Assembly (NCBI GenBank): GCA_016198685.1 | Contig: JACQID010000006.1 | Span: 160,001 to 224,000, forward strand | DNA from: Candidatus Aenigmatarchaeota archaeon | Lineage (GTDB): Archaea > Aenigmatarchaeota > Aenigmatarchaeia > GW2011-AR5 | Direction of reading: 5' to 3' | Length of the DNA stretch: 64,000 bases | Part shown: positions 35,249 through 45,254 of the stretch, in pieces | Layout of the letters: every line of letters begins with the position of its first letter | Position numbering within the stretch: position 1 is the stretch's first letter | Translations under genes and position numbers: made by a program | The notes under the pieces: model-generated | What the model was told of the DNA's origin: nothing | Database searches by the model: none | Seen by the model: only the letters and a program-made list of their open reading frames with translations

Positions 35249-37815
35249 TCCGAAAGTGATTGTTAATCATTTTCTTCTCATTTTTATGCAGGATCAGCGG
35301 ATGCAAAAATCTTTTAATACTTTTTTGAAGTATGTTAGTTGTTGCGGGGTCAGGAATCCCGTGCTACTTAGTGAATGTCGCATACGCGACAGGATACAGG
35401 AAAGCTGATCAGAGCCAAGCAATAGGTTTTAGCAGAACCGTGCTTGCAGCATAAGGGGATGTTATTATCTATTCCGGTTCTGACTTGGCTTTCAAGGACG
35501 ATGACTAACGAATGTTAGTCGTCCGATGCTGAGGAAAAGTCATTCTGATGAAGGCGACCACAGGTCCGAAATAAAGATAGCTAGCTCCCACGCTATTTGG
35601 TGGATGGCTTGGCTTGGTAGCTGACGAAGGTCGTGGCAAGCTGCGATAAGCTCGGGGTAGGCGCATGCAGCCTTTGAACCCGAGATTACCTAATGTCGCA
35701 TAGACGTCAATTCACGGGCAACTGTGAAGAGCAACGGGGAGAATTGAAACATCTTAGTAACCCCAGGAAGAGAAAGCAATCGCGATGCCGTTAGTAAGGG
35801 CGACTGAAAGCGGCACAGGACAAACCGAATCTGTCCCGTAAGGAGACAGAGATGTGGAGTTTGGACCTGGGCTACTCCTATCCGTATATTTCGAAGTTCC
35901 CTGGAAAGGGACGCGACAAAGGGTGAAAGCCCCGTAGAAGGAAAACGGAGGAGGATACCGGGTATCCAGAGTACGATTGGCCGGATAGCCAGTCGGAATA
36001 CGGGTCTCATCTAGATCCAATCCTAAACACTAACCAAGTCCGATAGTGAATTAGTACTGCGAAGGAACGTTGAAAAGAATCCGTGACAGGATTTGAAAAG
36101 AGCCTGAAACCATGTAGCTATAGTTTGACGGTTAAGGCTCTCGCAAGAGAGAAGAACCCGTCGTCCGTTTGGAAAAACGGGGCAGGGAGTTATCTTCTAT
36201 GGCAAGCTTAACCGCATTAAGCGGGGAGGCGGAGCGAAAGCGAGTCTGAAAGGGCGACTAGTCATAGGAGTTAGACTTGATGCCAGATGATCTAGGCCTG
36301 GGTAGGATGAAGCCCCGCGAAAGCGGGGTCGAGGTCCGTAACCGGATTTAGCACTACCTAACCGGGTGACCTGGGTCTAGGGGTGAAAAGCCAATCGAAT
36401 CTGGCAGTAGCGGGTTCCTCCCGAAATGTATGTGAGTACAGCCTGGCAATGAGTGCGGATGGGGTAGAGCACTGATTAGACTGTCGAGGGGAGAAATCCC
36501 CAGCAGTTTTGTCAAACTCCGAATCCATCCGTATATGTGCCGGAGTGAGGGTGTCGGAGTAATTTTGGCATCCGAAAGGGAAAGAACCCTGACCAAAGCT
36601 AAGGTCCCTAATTAGAAACTAAGTGTATCGAAAGTTGTCTTGAACCTTAGACAGAGGGAAGGTTGGCTTAGAAGCAGCCATCCTCCAAGCAACGCGTAAT
36701 AGCGGACCCTCCGAGGTTCAGGGCGCTGAAAATGGACGGGGCTAAGTTTCTAACCGATACTTTGGAGCCTGCGCAAGCAGGTTGGTAGGGAGGCATACCG
36801 CGAGGGCAGAAGCTTCTCCGTGAGGAGGGGTGGACCTCGCGGCATAGAAAATCCTGCCGGGAGTAGCAAATGAGTTGGGTGAAAAACCCAACCGCCTAAA
36901 GAGCAAGGGTTCCCCAGTAAAGTTTATCTGCTGGGGGTTAGTCGGTCCTAACTGCACCCTTAAGAAGAGGTGTGGGAAAGGGAATCCGGTTAATATTCCG
37001 GAACCGAGCAGCAATGCACTTTTGGAAAAATTTCAGGACAGCCTGACCATTGCCGTCGCAATGGCGAAGCGTCGAAGCTTGAGGAGTCTCGTAATGAGGA
37101 GAATTAAGTGAAGGCGTTACAGGATCCCTGTATTGGGGTTTTAGGCCATTCCTGGAGTCCATGAAAAGCCAGAAGATTAGAGTGCTGCCGTCCGTACCGA
37201 GAACCGACACCGGTGCTCGCGCTGAGAAGGCGAAGGCGTACAGGAGAATCCAAACCTAGGGAATTCGGCAAAATAGTGGGGTATCTTTGGTAGAACCCAT
37301 GCCTGCCCAGTGATTGGGCAGGTCGCAGTAACAAGAGGGATCCGACTGTTTAACAAAAACGTATCTGGCTGCTAAATCGAAAGGTCTTGTATAGCCAGTG
37401 AGTCGTGGCCACTAGTGGTGTGTTAAAGCTGGTTTCAACCGGCCCAAGCCCCGCTGTAGGCCGGCCCTAACTCTGAGGGTCTTAAGGTAGCGTAATCCCT
37501 TGCCAACTAATTATTGGCCTGCATGATAGATTCACGAGATCTCTGCTGTCCCGGGGCGGAACCTGGCGAAACTATTGTTCTGGTGATTAGGCCAGAGACC
37601 TCTAGTGGGAAGAGTAGACCCCGTTGAGCTTTACTGCAGCTTGTTGTTGTGGTATAGATCTGGGTGTATAGCGTAAGCAGGAGACGTCGAAGCCTGCCCG
37701 AAAGGGTGGGTGGAGTCGCCAATGTAACACTGCTCATCTGGATCTATACAGCTTACCCGCGAGGGGACAGCAGCAGGCGGGCAGTTTGGCTGGGGCGGTA
37801 CGCCTTTGAAAAGAT

Positions 37816-37859
37816 ATCGAGCATAGCGTCGTATTAATCCTCGCGATGCTCGGCTTAAT
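37816..37859 (+). other. 23S BHB-type intron 1 (44 nt, H81 region near E. coli 2270)
   Basis: Stem TCGAGCAT/ATGCTCGG; relaxed helix AAAG/CTTA; splicing restores GAAAAGATATCAAAGG. Confidence 0.85.
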
Positions 37860-38066
37860 ATCAAAGGCCCTCTATGGTCAGCTCATCCGGGTCAGAAATC
37901 CGGAGATAGAATGTAAGGGTAAAAGCTGGCTTTATTGGACTTCGAAAAGCAAGATGTCCAATTGCGAAAGCATGACCTAGCGAAACGCAGTTCGGCCTAG
38001 ATGGCCGGCTGTGACTTGAGAAAAGCTACCTCGGGGATAATGGTGTCGTAGCGGGCGAGAGTTCTC

Positions 38067-38333
38067 ATCCGTATTGCGGTATCTAGTCTACATTAACCAC
38101 AAAGAAAAGAAAGCACTTAGCTGTCTTTATTAGGACAAGATATAGGCACGGCATTATTTGAGAATGCAAATTCTTGGATAATGCCAAAAACTTCTGGACT
38201 AACCAAGTGGCAGATGGCTGTGAAGGAACACTGTCCCAGAGCGAGTCCTCGAAAGGCTTACGTCTTTCGCAGGGCAATGAGCGCAATCGGTAGCTTCCGA
38301 GCCAATGTAAAAAATCTGCAGTGCGGAGAACAG
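38067..38333 (+). other. 23S BHB intron 2 (267 nt, H89 loop, after E. coli position about 2477)
   Basis: Perfect BHB: helix GTTC/GAAC, bulges TCA and AGA, 12-bp intron stem; splicing restores GAGAGTTCTCATCGACC. Confidence 0.92.
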
Positions 38334-38956
38334 ATCGACCCCGCGTGTTGCGGCGTCGCTGTCGGCTGGCCCTCTCCTGGCTGCGCAGCAGCAGCCAAGG
38401 GTGACGGAGTTCACGTATTAAAAGGGCACCTTAGTTGGGTTCAGAACGGCGCGAGCCAGTTTGGTCTATATCTGCTAGAGGTGTTGCTGCCTGAGAGGAA
38501 GGAAGGATAAGTACGAAAGGAACATCCTTCCGTGGCCACTTGTTCACCAGCTGTCCGACAGGGCAAGCTGGGTAGCTACGCCATACGCTGATAAGGCCTG
38601 AAAGCATCTAAGGCCTAAGCAGCTCTCAAAAATAGGTAGTAGGCAACCGGCAAGACTACCGGTCATGGAAGCGGGATGTACGCACGAAGCTTCGGCGACG
38701 TGTTCAGTCCACGCTCTCCTACGCCAATGCTAGCCTTTAAAACGGAAAAGTTGCGGCTTTTTCGTCCCGCTTGACGGGATTTCGGGCCTGTGGTCGCCTA
38801 ATCTTTTTTATTTTGACGAATTATTTTCCATTTGCATCTTAGCGAATATAAATCGTTATATATAATATAACGCTAATAATAGAACGCGTAAACGCTATCT
38901 GACAGAGATGGGGAACTGTCTGATGCCATATACGCATGTACAAAAGGGGTGTGGTT

Positions 38957-39079
38957 ATGAAAACCATTGGAGAAAATTCAAAGAGTTTGCACAATTGCGG
39001 CAACGGCTTCAAGGGCCATATAGTAAAGGCCAGGGGAGTCAGCTTCTGCGGTTTCTGCGGGAAAGAATTCGGCCTTTAA
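38957..39079 (+). CDS. 40-aa putative zinc-binding microprotein
   Basis: Hand translation MKTIGENSKSLHNCGNGFKGHIVKARGVSFCGFCGKEFGL; G-rich SD upstream. Confidence 0.4.
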   Translation: MKTIGENSKSLHNCGNGFKGHIVKARGVSFCGFCGKEFGL

Positions 39080-39180
39080 TATTCAATAGCCTGATGCTCT
39101 GCATCTTTCTATGCTTATTTAGATTGTATGTTCCATAGGAAATAGTGGTTAAATCTCTGACATAAAAAATAAATACCGGT

Positions 39181-39633
39181 ATGGACAATCTTACTAAGAT
39201 CGTTATGCTTGACTATTTGCAGCCGGCTCATATCACCTTCCTGATTGTAACAGCACTTTCCGTACTTTGCGGTTTTACAATAGGAGCAGAGCGCGAATTA
39301 AGGAATAAGCCGGCAGGCATAAGCACCCATATTCTGATCTGCTTTGGAGGGGCTTTGCTTACATTGATTTCGCAATCCATCGAGCCGAATACGCCTGCAA
39401 GAGTGGCTGCTAATATCGTTACGGGCGTAGGATTCCTGGGGGCAGGCCTGATTCTCAAGGGCAAGAACGGCTATGTGCACGGCCTTACTTCGGCTGCAAG
39501 CATATGGTGCACTGCTGCAATAGGGCTTGCAATAGGCTTCGGATGGTATTTCGAGGCCATCATATCCGCTCTTGTTGCGACTTTAGTTCCAAGAATTCCC
39601 CATATCCGTGGAACCAAGGCACGCGCAAAATGA
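39181..39633 (+). CDS. MgtC/SapB family membrane protein
   Basis: IGAERE...KPAGISTH and NIVTGVGFLGAG...GLTSAASIW motifs. Confidence 0.93.
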   Translation: MDNLTKIVMLDYLQPAHITFLIVTALSVLCGFTIGAERELRNKPAGISTHILICFGGALLTLISQSIEPNTPARVAANIVTGVGFLGAGLILKGKNGYVHGLTSAASIWCTAAIGLAIGFGWYFEAIISALVATLVPRIPHIRGTKARAK

Positions 39634-39695
39634 GCTAGCTTTTCATTTTTGGTCGCCACCACAATCTTTAATATCATAGCGTAGGTATCTTATTC

Positions 39696-40023
39696 GGTGA
39701 CCTGCCAGCAACGGCCATTGTATCTGTAGGTTCCTGTAAAAGGGAATCCGCGGAGCGGTGGAGGAAACTCTGTCCACCCTCCGGCGAAAGCCGAAAATGC
39801 ATCATCCGTCGGAAGGCGGCTGCCGGAAACAGAAACGATACCCTGGCGCTGATCCGTGATGTGCCATTCAGGGATGAAACGGTCCGGCATGCATGGGTGC
39901 AAGCGAGAAGATATGCGAGGCTGTGCTTTGCATTGCTCAATGCTCAGACAAATGTTGCATGGCCTCCTGATGAACCCTTCATAGGGGGAAAGGCCTACAA
40001 AAGACAGGTTATGGCAGGTCACC
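39696..40023 (+). ncRNA. rnpB: Archaeal RNase P RNA
   Basis: P1 GGTGACCTGCCA/TGGCAGGTCACC; GAGGAAACTCTGTC pairs with GACAGGTT (P4 with bulged U); CAGAAAC, TGAAACGG, GGTGCAAG and ACAAAAG conserved regions. Confidence 0.92.
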
Positions 40024-40106
40024 ACTTTATTTTAATCAAGAGTAATTGAAAATTTACAAAACTTCGTGAAGAGTAAACTTAAATGGGCTCCGATTTCAAT
40101 AATTGT

Positions 40107-41012
40107 TTATCGCCCGTTATACGCTTCCTTTAGTTTCGCAATATCAAACTTCTTCATCTGGAGGAAAGCTTGGGTTAGGCGTGCGATTTGTGCAGGCGTG
40201 CCTTTTTGCATCATTTCATTCATTGCTGCGGGAACAATCTGCCACCAGACTCCATATTTGTCTTTGAGCCAGCCGCATTGCTCCGCTTCAGGGACCGCAG
40301 AAAGGTTGTCCCAATAGTAATCTATCTCTTCCTGCGTGTTGCATGAGACAATAAATGATATTGCCTCATTGAAAGCAAAGTTGTGCATATGGGCGCTGTC
40401 CATGGAGGCAAACCATTGCCCCTCAAGCATGAGGTCGGTAAACATTATTGTCCCTTCGTTATCCGGATCCATGCCTTGAGGATAGCGGGCTATAGTTCCT
40501 CGTTTCGTATTTTTGAACACCGACATGTAAAAATTGGTTGCCTGTTCTGCCTTGCCGCACGCAGATCCAACAAACATAAGCGACGGAATAATAAAGGGGC
40601 GCTCTTCGCCTTTGGAATCAGAAAGAATAAGCTGCCACGAAAGCCCGTATTTGTCCTGTATCCAGCCATAGCGTTCGCTGAACGGATACGTCTGCAGCGG
40701 CATGAGTGCTGTGCCGCCCTGCGACAGTTTTTCCCAGAGCTTATCCAAATTCTCCTGCGCGTTTTTGCTCTTTGACGGATCAAAATTAACAATGAATGAT
40801 ATGGAAGGATTGAATTTGAATAAAGGTCCGGCACTGATGGACATGAATGGCCGTCCTGAGAGCTCAAAGGAAACAACGTCACAATCGCCTGAGGGCGTAT
40901 CGTGGAGCGTTATTACATTCGTGATTCTCGATTTGGGAAACGCTTCACAGTAAAACCCAGCAGCTTCCCTGGCTTCTTTATCGAACCATAAATGCGGCAT
41001 GATCTTTTCCAT
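40107..41012 (-). CDS. VOC family PhnB/3-demethylubiquinone-9 3-methyltransferase-like protein, tandem domains
   Basis: PHLWF...EAAGFY, FNPSISF, YGWIQDKYGLSWQ and CGWLKDKYGVWWQ motifs. Confidence 0.92.
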   Translation of the reverse strand: MEKIMPHLWFDKEAREAAGFYCEAFPKSRITNVITLHDTPSGDCDVVSFELSGRPFMSISAGPLFKFNPSISFIVNFDPSKSKNAQENLDKLWEKLSQGGTALMPLQTYPFSERYGWIQDKYGLSWQLILSDSKGEERPFIIPSLMFVGSACGKAEQATNFYMSVFKNTKRGTIARYPQGMDPDNEGTIMFTDLMLEGQWFASMDSAHMHNFAFNEAISFIVSCNTQEEIDYYWDNLSAVPEAEQCGWLKDKYGVWWQIVPAAMNEMMQKGTPAQIARLTQAFLQMKKFDIAKLKEAYNGR

Positions 41013-41292
41013 ATATTTTCACCTCTTGCCCCCTAAATTATTAGGGCATCATTATATATAAAAAATTCCCATATGGCAGATTTGGGGGGTTATTCATCTC
41101 CTATAATCTCCGAATACAACTACTATTACAGGGCAGATTTAATAAAAATAAATTTGTGACTCAATGAGAAAGCTGGATGATTGATTTATTTTGAGGGTAT
41201 AGAGACAAGTGGCAAAAACGATCATAGCAGTAGGCTATTGCCGTAATGGGCTACTCCTTCCGGTGTTCTATCAAAGAGATGGACAAGAAACA

Positions 41293-41685
41293 CTAGTTGC
41301 GAGATTCCATAATTGCCTTGAGCTTGGCAAGATCCGTTTCAATTAGTCCTATATCTTCATTGTATTTCTTATCCTCAATTCCCGGCTGACGGAAAACTGT
41401 AAAGAGCATTTCGCTTCCCTTGGCGTTGCGCAGAACTCTCATGGCATTGAATATCTTGGTGCCTGAAACTATGACGCAGTGGTCCATGACGCCAAACGCG
41501 TTCCTTTCAACGAATTCGATTTTCACAGGGCCGGATGGCGTTTCCGCTATCCATAGGTTTCCTGACTTCTTGACGGATATGCAAAACGACTTGGCCCACT
41601 TCGGCAGGTTTTCCGGATTAGACGCAAATTCATAAACCTCCTTATGGTCGCAGCCAATGGATACGCTCAATGTCCGTGATTCCAT
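41293..41685 (-). CDS. SRPBCC/polyketide cyclase-like protein
   Basis: VYEFASNPENLPKWA...FGVMDH...NAMRV...GSEMLFT; start set at MESRT. Confidence 0.85.
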   Translation of the reverse strand: MESRTLSVSIGCDHKEVYEFASNPENLPKWAKSFCISVKKSGNLWIAETPSGPVKIEFVERNAFGVMDHCVIVSGTKIFNAMRVLRNAKGSEMLFTVFRQPGIEDKKYNEDIGLIETDLAKLKAIMESRN

Positions 41686-41749
41686 AAGAGCATGCATCGT
41701 TATTAATAGCGCTTCAACGGCTTTAAGGCAAGCGGTTGCAAATAATCGA

Positions 41750-42222
41750 ATGCGATTTGCTAAACAGAATATTATTCTTGCTGGAAGTCTGGTTGCGTTA
41801 TTGGTTTTTGGCGTTTGGGATGAGAAAAACTTGAATGCCCCAAACTTGAACGCAATTATCCTGCAGTCATAAAAGGCAATTGGGAGCCTTCTACTTTGCA
41901 CATGGACATGATATTGTCGGAATCGAAGAATCTAAGGAAGCTTGGCGTGAATACCGTATCCGTTGTGCCTCATTATGACTACGAGAATGGCAAAACGGTA
42001 TTAAGAGATAGCATAGAAAGCCATATCAATAGGATAGTGAGGGCCAAGCAGGAAGGCTTTGCAGTCATGCTCGTTCCGGATTTTGCGGGAGGCGACAGCA
42101 AAAAAATCGGCGTGCCGCTTGAACAATTCCTTTCCGATGCAAGAAATATTTCGCTTGACTGGGCATTGATTGCTGAAGAATATAACGTAGAATATTTTGC
42201 AACATTTTATAATGCTATTTAG
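41750..42222 (+). pseudogene. Frameshifted, truncated secreted glycoside-hydrolase-like (GH113-type TIM barrel) gene
   Basis: The signal-peptide frame (MRFAKQNIILAGSLVALLVFGVW) shifts near the A-run at about 41824 into KLGVNTVSVVPH...AKQEGFAVMLVP...AEEYNVEYF, which then stops abruptly. Confidence 0.55.
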
Positions 42223-42303
42223 ATATAATAAATTGCAGATAAAAGTTCCATTATTATTGCAATTTATATAATATCTGCTTATTTATACACCAAACGGGAT
42301 TTA

Positions 42304-43506
42304 ATGCCTATGGCCGAATGGTCGTTGTTTTTGGCAGGTATCATATTCATCATAGGATTTGTCGGCAATCTGGCATTCAAGCGCACGAGAATCCCAGAAG
42401 CGCTCTTTCTCATACTCGCAGGTCTTCTTGCGGGCCCTGCTTTAGGCATCATCGATAGCGCCACTTCGGTAGCCATAATGCCTGTTGTGGCTACTCTAAT
42501 GATAATAGTTGTCATGCTAGATAACGGTCTGTCATTTGACCTGTTCAAGGTTGTGCGTGCGCTGCCCGCTACATTAAGGTTGAGCATATGTATAATGCTT
42601 GTGACTGCCGGACTGATAGCTGCAGTGCTTGTGCTTTTAGGAGTGCCTCCTGTAATAGGCTTGCTTGTAGGCTTCATACTCGCGGGAACTACAACGGACG
42701 TCGTTGCAGGCTTGACGTCAAAAATGCCGGTTCCGCGCGACACGAAGCAATTTCTGGTATTCGAGTCTGTCATTAATGACGTACAGATAATACCATTTTT
42801 TGTCTTGATGGGCTTTATGATTAATTCTGCCGTAGGATTTCCATGGGGAATGCTGTTAGGCATACCGGTTGCAATAGCTATTGGAACTATAATAGCAATA
42901 GCGTGGACATTCGTATTAGGAAGATTTATCGGCAAGCATCCGCTCAACTACGCAGCGACAATAGGAATTCTTCTGGTCGTGTACAGCTTGGTCGAGACAC
43001 TTGGCGGCAATGCCCCTCTTGCAGCGCTTTCTTTCAGCCTTGTACTGGGCAATGCAGTGCGGGTTTTCGATAAATTAAAATTCAAGCTTGATTTACGCAG
43101 AAAATTTACGCCTGCGATAATAAAGGATCTTAAGCAGATAGAAACGGATGTCTCATTTTTCGTGCGCGCATTATTCTTCTTTTTTCTCGGCGCGGCATTT
43201 AGTTTCAAATCCCTTGACGCAGGTGTCGCAGTAGCGATAACCGTTGTGATGGCCGCAATACTGGTGTCGCGTTTCGTGCTATTCAGGATAGCTGCATTGA
43301 AGGCGCCGCATTACGGAGTTCACATAGGCGTTCTGACATGGATAATGCCGCGCGGGTATGTTGCTGCGGTTCTGGCTTTCAGCGCAGCTGGTGCTGGGGC
43401 AATCACGCCTCAGCTTCTGGACGTTATGCTGCTAGCCATATACCTTACCACCTTCGTAAGCATGCTATATGCAACATATTACGGGCAGAGATACGGGAAA
43501 GCGTGA
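42304..43506 (+). CDS. CPA1/NhaP-type cation:proton antiporter
   Basis: Multi-TM; AGTTTD, FESVIND and MPRGYVAAVLA motifs. Confidence 0.9.
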   Translation: MPMAEWSLFLAGIIFIIGFVGNLAFKRTRIPEALFLILAGLLAGPALGIIDSATSVAIMPVVATLMIIVVMLDNGLSFDLFKVVRALPATLRLSICIMLVTAGLIAAVLVLLGVPPVIGLLVGFILAGTTTDVVAGLTSKMPVPRDTKQFLVFESVINDVQIIPFFVLMGFMINSAVGFPWGMLLGIPVAIAIGTIIAIAWTFVLGRFIGKHPLNYAATIGILLVVYSLVETLGGNAPLAALSFSLVLGNAVRVFDKLKFKLDLRRKFTPAIIKDLKQIETDVSFFVRALFFFFLGAAFSFKSLDAGVAVAITVVMAAILVSRFVLFRIAALKAPHYGVHIGVLTWIMPRGYVAAVLAFSAAGAGAITPQLLDVMLLAIYLTTFVSMLYATYYGQRYGKA

Positions 43507-43508
43507 TA

Positions 43509-44033
43509 TCAGGCAGGACATCCGGTCTTATTACCGAGCTCCTGCAGCGTCATCTCTCCGATGATACGCGAGCCATCTTTGAACTCCCATGTCGGATAGC
43601 GACGTATATTGGCACCGATACATGTCTGCGTTTGGCCTGACCTGTCGGCTGTTGAGCATTCGATGTACGGCAGATATTCCGCCGACTGCCCGAATATTGC
43701 TTTTTGATCCGCGCAGTGCGGGCACCAGAAAGCCCCGTAGAATCTAGCGCCGCTTTCTGCTATGCATTTGGCAAAGCCGTCATACTGCCCCGGCGCTGAG
43801 TCCATAGAATAAAGATAATATCCGAGGCTAAAAATGGCTATGAGTATTACGGCATAAAGCACATGCGACATTTTGATTTTGGCCCAAGGCGCAGCTTTTT
43901 CCGGCGTATGTTTTGTTTTGTTATGAGAATATAGTGTGTCTTCCGAAGGCAACAGGCTGGTGCATTGATGGTATTCCATTCCGTCCATAATTATCATGCC
44001 CCCTCCACGGAGCATCCGGTGCCAGAGAAGCAC
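43509..44033 (-). CDS. Membrane-anchored thioredoxin-fold protein
   Basis: FYGAFWCPHCADQK, YIECS and YPTW motifs; the true start is probably downstream of the ORF-track start. Confidence 0.85.
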   Translation of the reverse strand: MLLWHRMLRGGGMIIMDGMEYHQCTSLLPSEDTLYSHNKTKHTPEKAAPWAKIKMSHVLYAVILIAIFSLGYYLYSMDSAPGQYDGFAKCIAESGARFYGAFWCPHCADQKAIFGQSAEYLPYIECSTADRSGQTQTCIGANIRRYPTWEFKDGSRIIGEMTLQELGNKTGCPA

Positions 44034-44617
44034 GATGCCTCATCGGGAGGCAGCCCCCTTTGAGGGCATTTGCCTGAGTATATACATGCATTGTCAGCGA
44101 CAGAATTTATCTGTATCGTCGTGTCTTGTACGGCGCTGCCGTAAGTTATTAGTATTTTGTCAAGGTCTTTTAGGTCATATTCTCCATAGGCATTGCTTTG
44201 CTGGCCGTTGATAAACATTCGCAACCGCGAGCTATCAGTATTGCAATAGGAAGATCCGTTATCAAGCGCAAAGCACGTTGAATTGAAATTCATGTTGAGA
44301 GACCGGAAAAAGAATCCGAGGGTTATGCCTTCTGCATGCTTGTGGATAACTGAGCCTTCCATGTCATGCAGATGCATGAAATTGCTGAGGGTCTTGCTGT
44401 CTGTAGACATGTACTTTTCCTGGGAAAAATTGTAAGGTTCGTTGTTGATATATACCCTGAAATCTGCGTGCTCATGAACTTCGCCTACGATGCCGGATGT
44501 TTTGTTTTGGCTTCCGAAATAAAACATCATGATTCCCAGAGCGATAACGATAGCTGCAGCAGAAATAGCGCGATTCATCATCCTCATATATATGCAGGCC
44601 AAGCGATTTATCCGCAT
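43994..44617 (-). CDS. Membrane-anchored His-rich hypothetical protein
   Basis: TM segment, then HEHADF...MHLHD...IHKHAEGITLGFFF and C-terminal cysteines. Confidence 0.7.
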   Translation of the reverse strand: MRINRLACIYMRMMNRAISAAAIVIALGIMMFYFGSQNKTSGIVGEVHEHADFRVYINNEPYNFSQEKYMSTDSKTLSNFMHLHDMEGSVIHKHAEGITLGFFFRSLNMNFNSTCFALDNGSSYCNTDSSRLRMFINGQQSNAYGEYDLKDLDKILITYGSAVQDTTIQINSVADNACIYSGKCPQRGLPPDEASCFSGTGCSVEGA

Positions 44618-44670
44618 CGAATGCGCCGGCTACGTGCAAGGCTTAAATTCCTTTATCGTGAAGCAAATTA

Positions 44671-44996
44671 TGGACATAAAAAACGTTGCCGGGGAGAAAG
44701 ATAGAATATCGTGCAGCATGGATTATCGGGCACTGGGACTGGAAATTTATATTAATTTTGGATGGGATGGGGATTCCATATGGGGGCCTTATCATACAAT
44801 GCAGGACGTGCATAACGCGGCTCTCTCTTTCCCGAAAGGCAGGGCTTATGATGTCGTTTTTAGATCCGTCTTTGGCCAAGAAGACGCACATATAACATAT
44901 ACGAGAGGTAGAGAGATGCTGGAGATTGAGGAGCCGATGCGAACAGTGACGCAATCGAGACGAGTTATTCCCAGTGTCTATTGTCGCGAAAGCTGA
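44671..44996 (+). CDS. Hypothetical protein
   Basis: ORF from MDIKNVAGEK; no family recognised. Confidence 0.45.
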
Positions 44997-45231
44997 ATAT
45001 TTCCGTCGGGTAAGGATATTGAAGAATCGTGATGCTCTTGCGCAGGATGATATGTCAAATTTTTCCTACGGAAAGCACTTTTCCGCACTTGGGACATATA
45101 TAGAAGACTTTATCTGCCCCGAGGCGCATATCCCTCGTGGTTGTTATCCTTTCCTCGCAGAACGGACATATTGGCTCTTGGTTGTGATAATCGCCTATGG
45201 GCATTGTTTTACCTATCAAGGGAAGATTTAA
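44974..45231 (+). CDS. Hypothetical protein
   Basis: 85-aa ORF filling the gap before secG. Confidence 0.35.
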   Translation: MSIVAKAEYFRRVRILKNRDALAQDDMSNFSYGKHFSALGTYIEDFICPEAHIPRGCYPFLAERTYWLLVVIIAYGHCFTYQGKI

Positions 45232-45254
45232 TAGCTTTCCGGCGAATGTAAATC

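Larger units (their letters stand above)
35580..38734 (+). rRNA. rrl: Archaeal 23S rRNA containing two introns
   Basis: GGTGGATGGC, GAAACATCTTAGTA, CTTAAGGTAGCG, GGGGATAA and AGTACGAAAGGAAC landmarks; GCTAGC terminal helix. End positions are approximate. Confidence 0.97.
35552..38799 (+). other. 23S processing stem (35552-35572 pairs with 38779-38799, 21 bp, no BHB visible)
   Basis: AGGCGACCACAGGTCCGAAAT / ATTTCGGGCCTGTGGTCGCCT. Confidence 0.85.

Noticed and set aside
35545-35572. Hammerhead-ribozyme-like CTGATGA...GAAA upstream of the 23S
   Set aside because: Stem II is imperfect, no stem I/III with a UH cleavage site was found, and the segment is explained as the 5' arm of the 23S processing stem pairing with 38779-38799.
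35250-35579. 5S rRNA or SRP RNA near the rRNA genes
   Set aside because: Neither the 5S loop C/E motifs nor the SRP helix 8 motif could be found, so no call was made.
38067-38333. Group I intron call (AAGATATAGGC, GACTA/TAGTC, P3/P7-like pseudoknot)
   Set aside because: The elements are out of canonical order, no P4-P6 domain could be built, and a perfect BHB explains the splicing.
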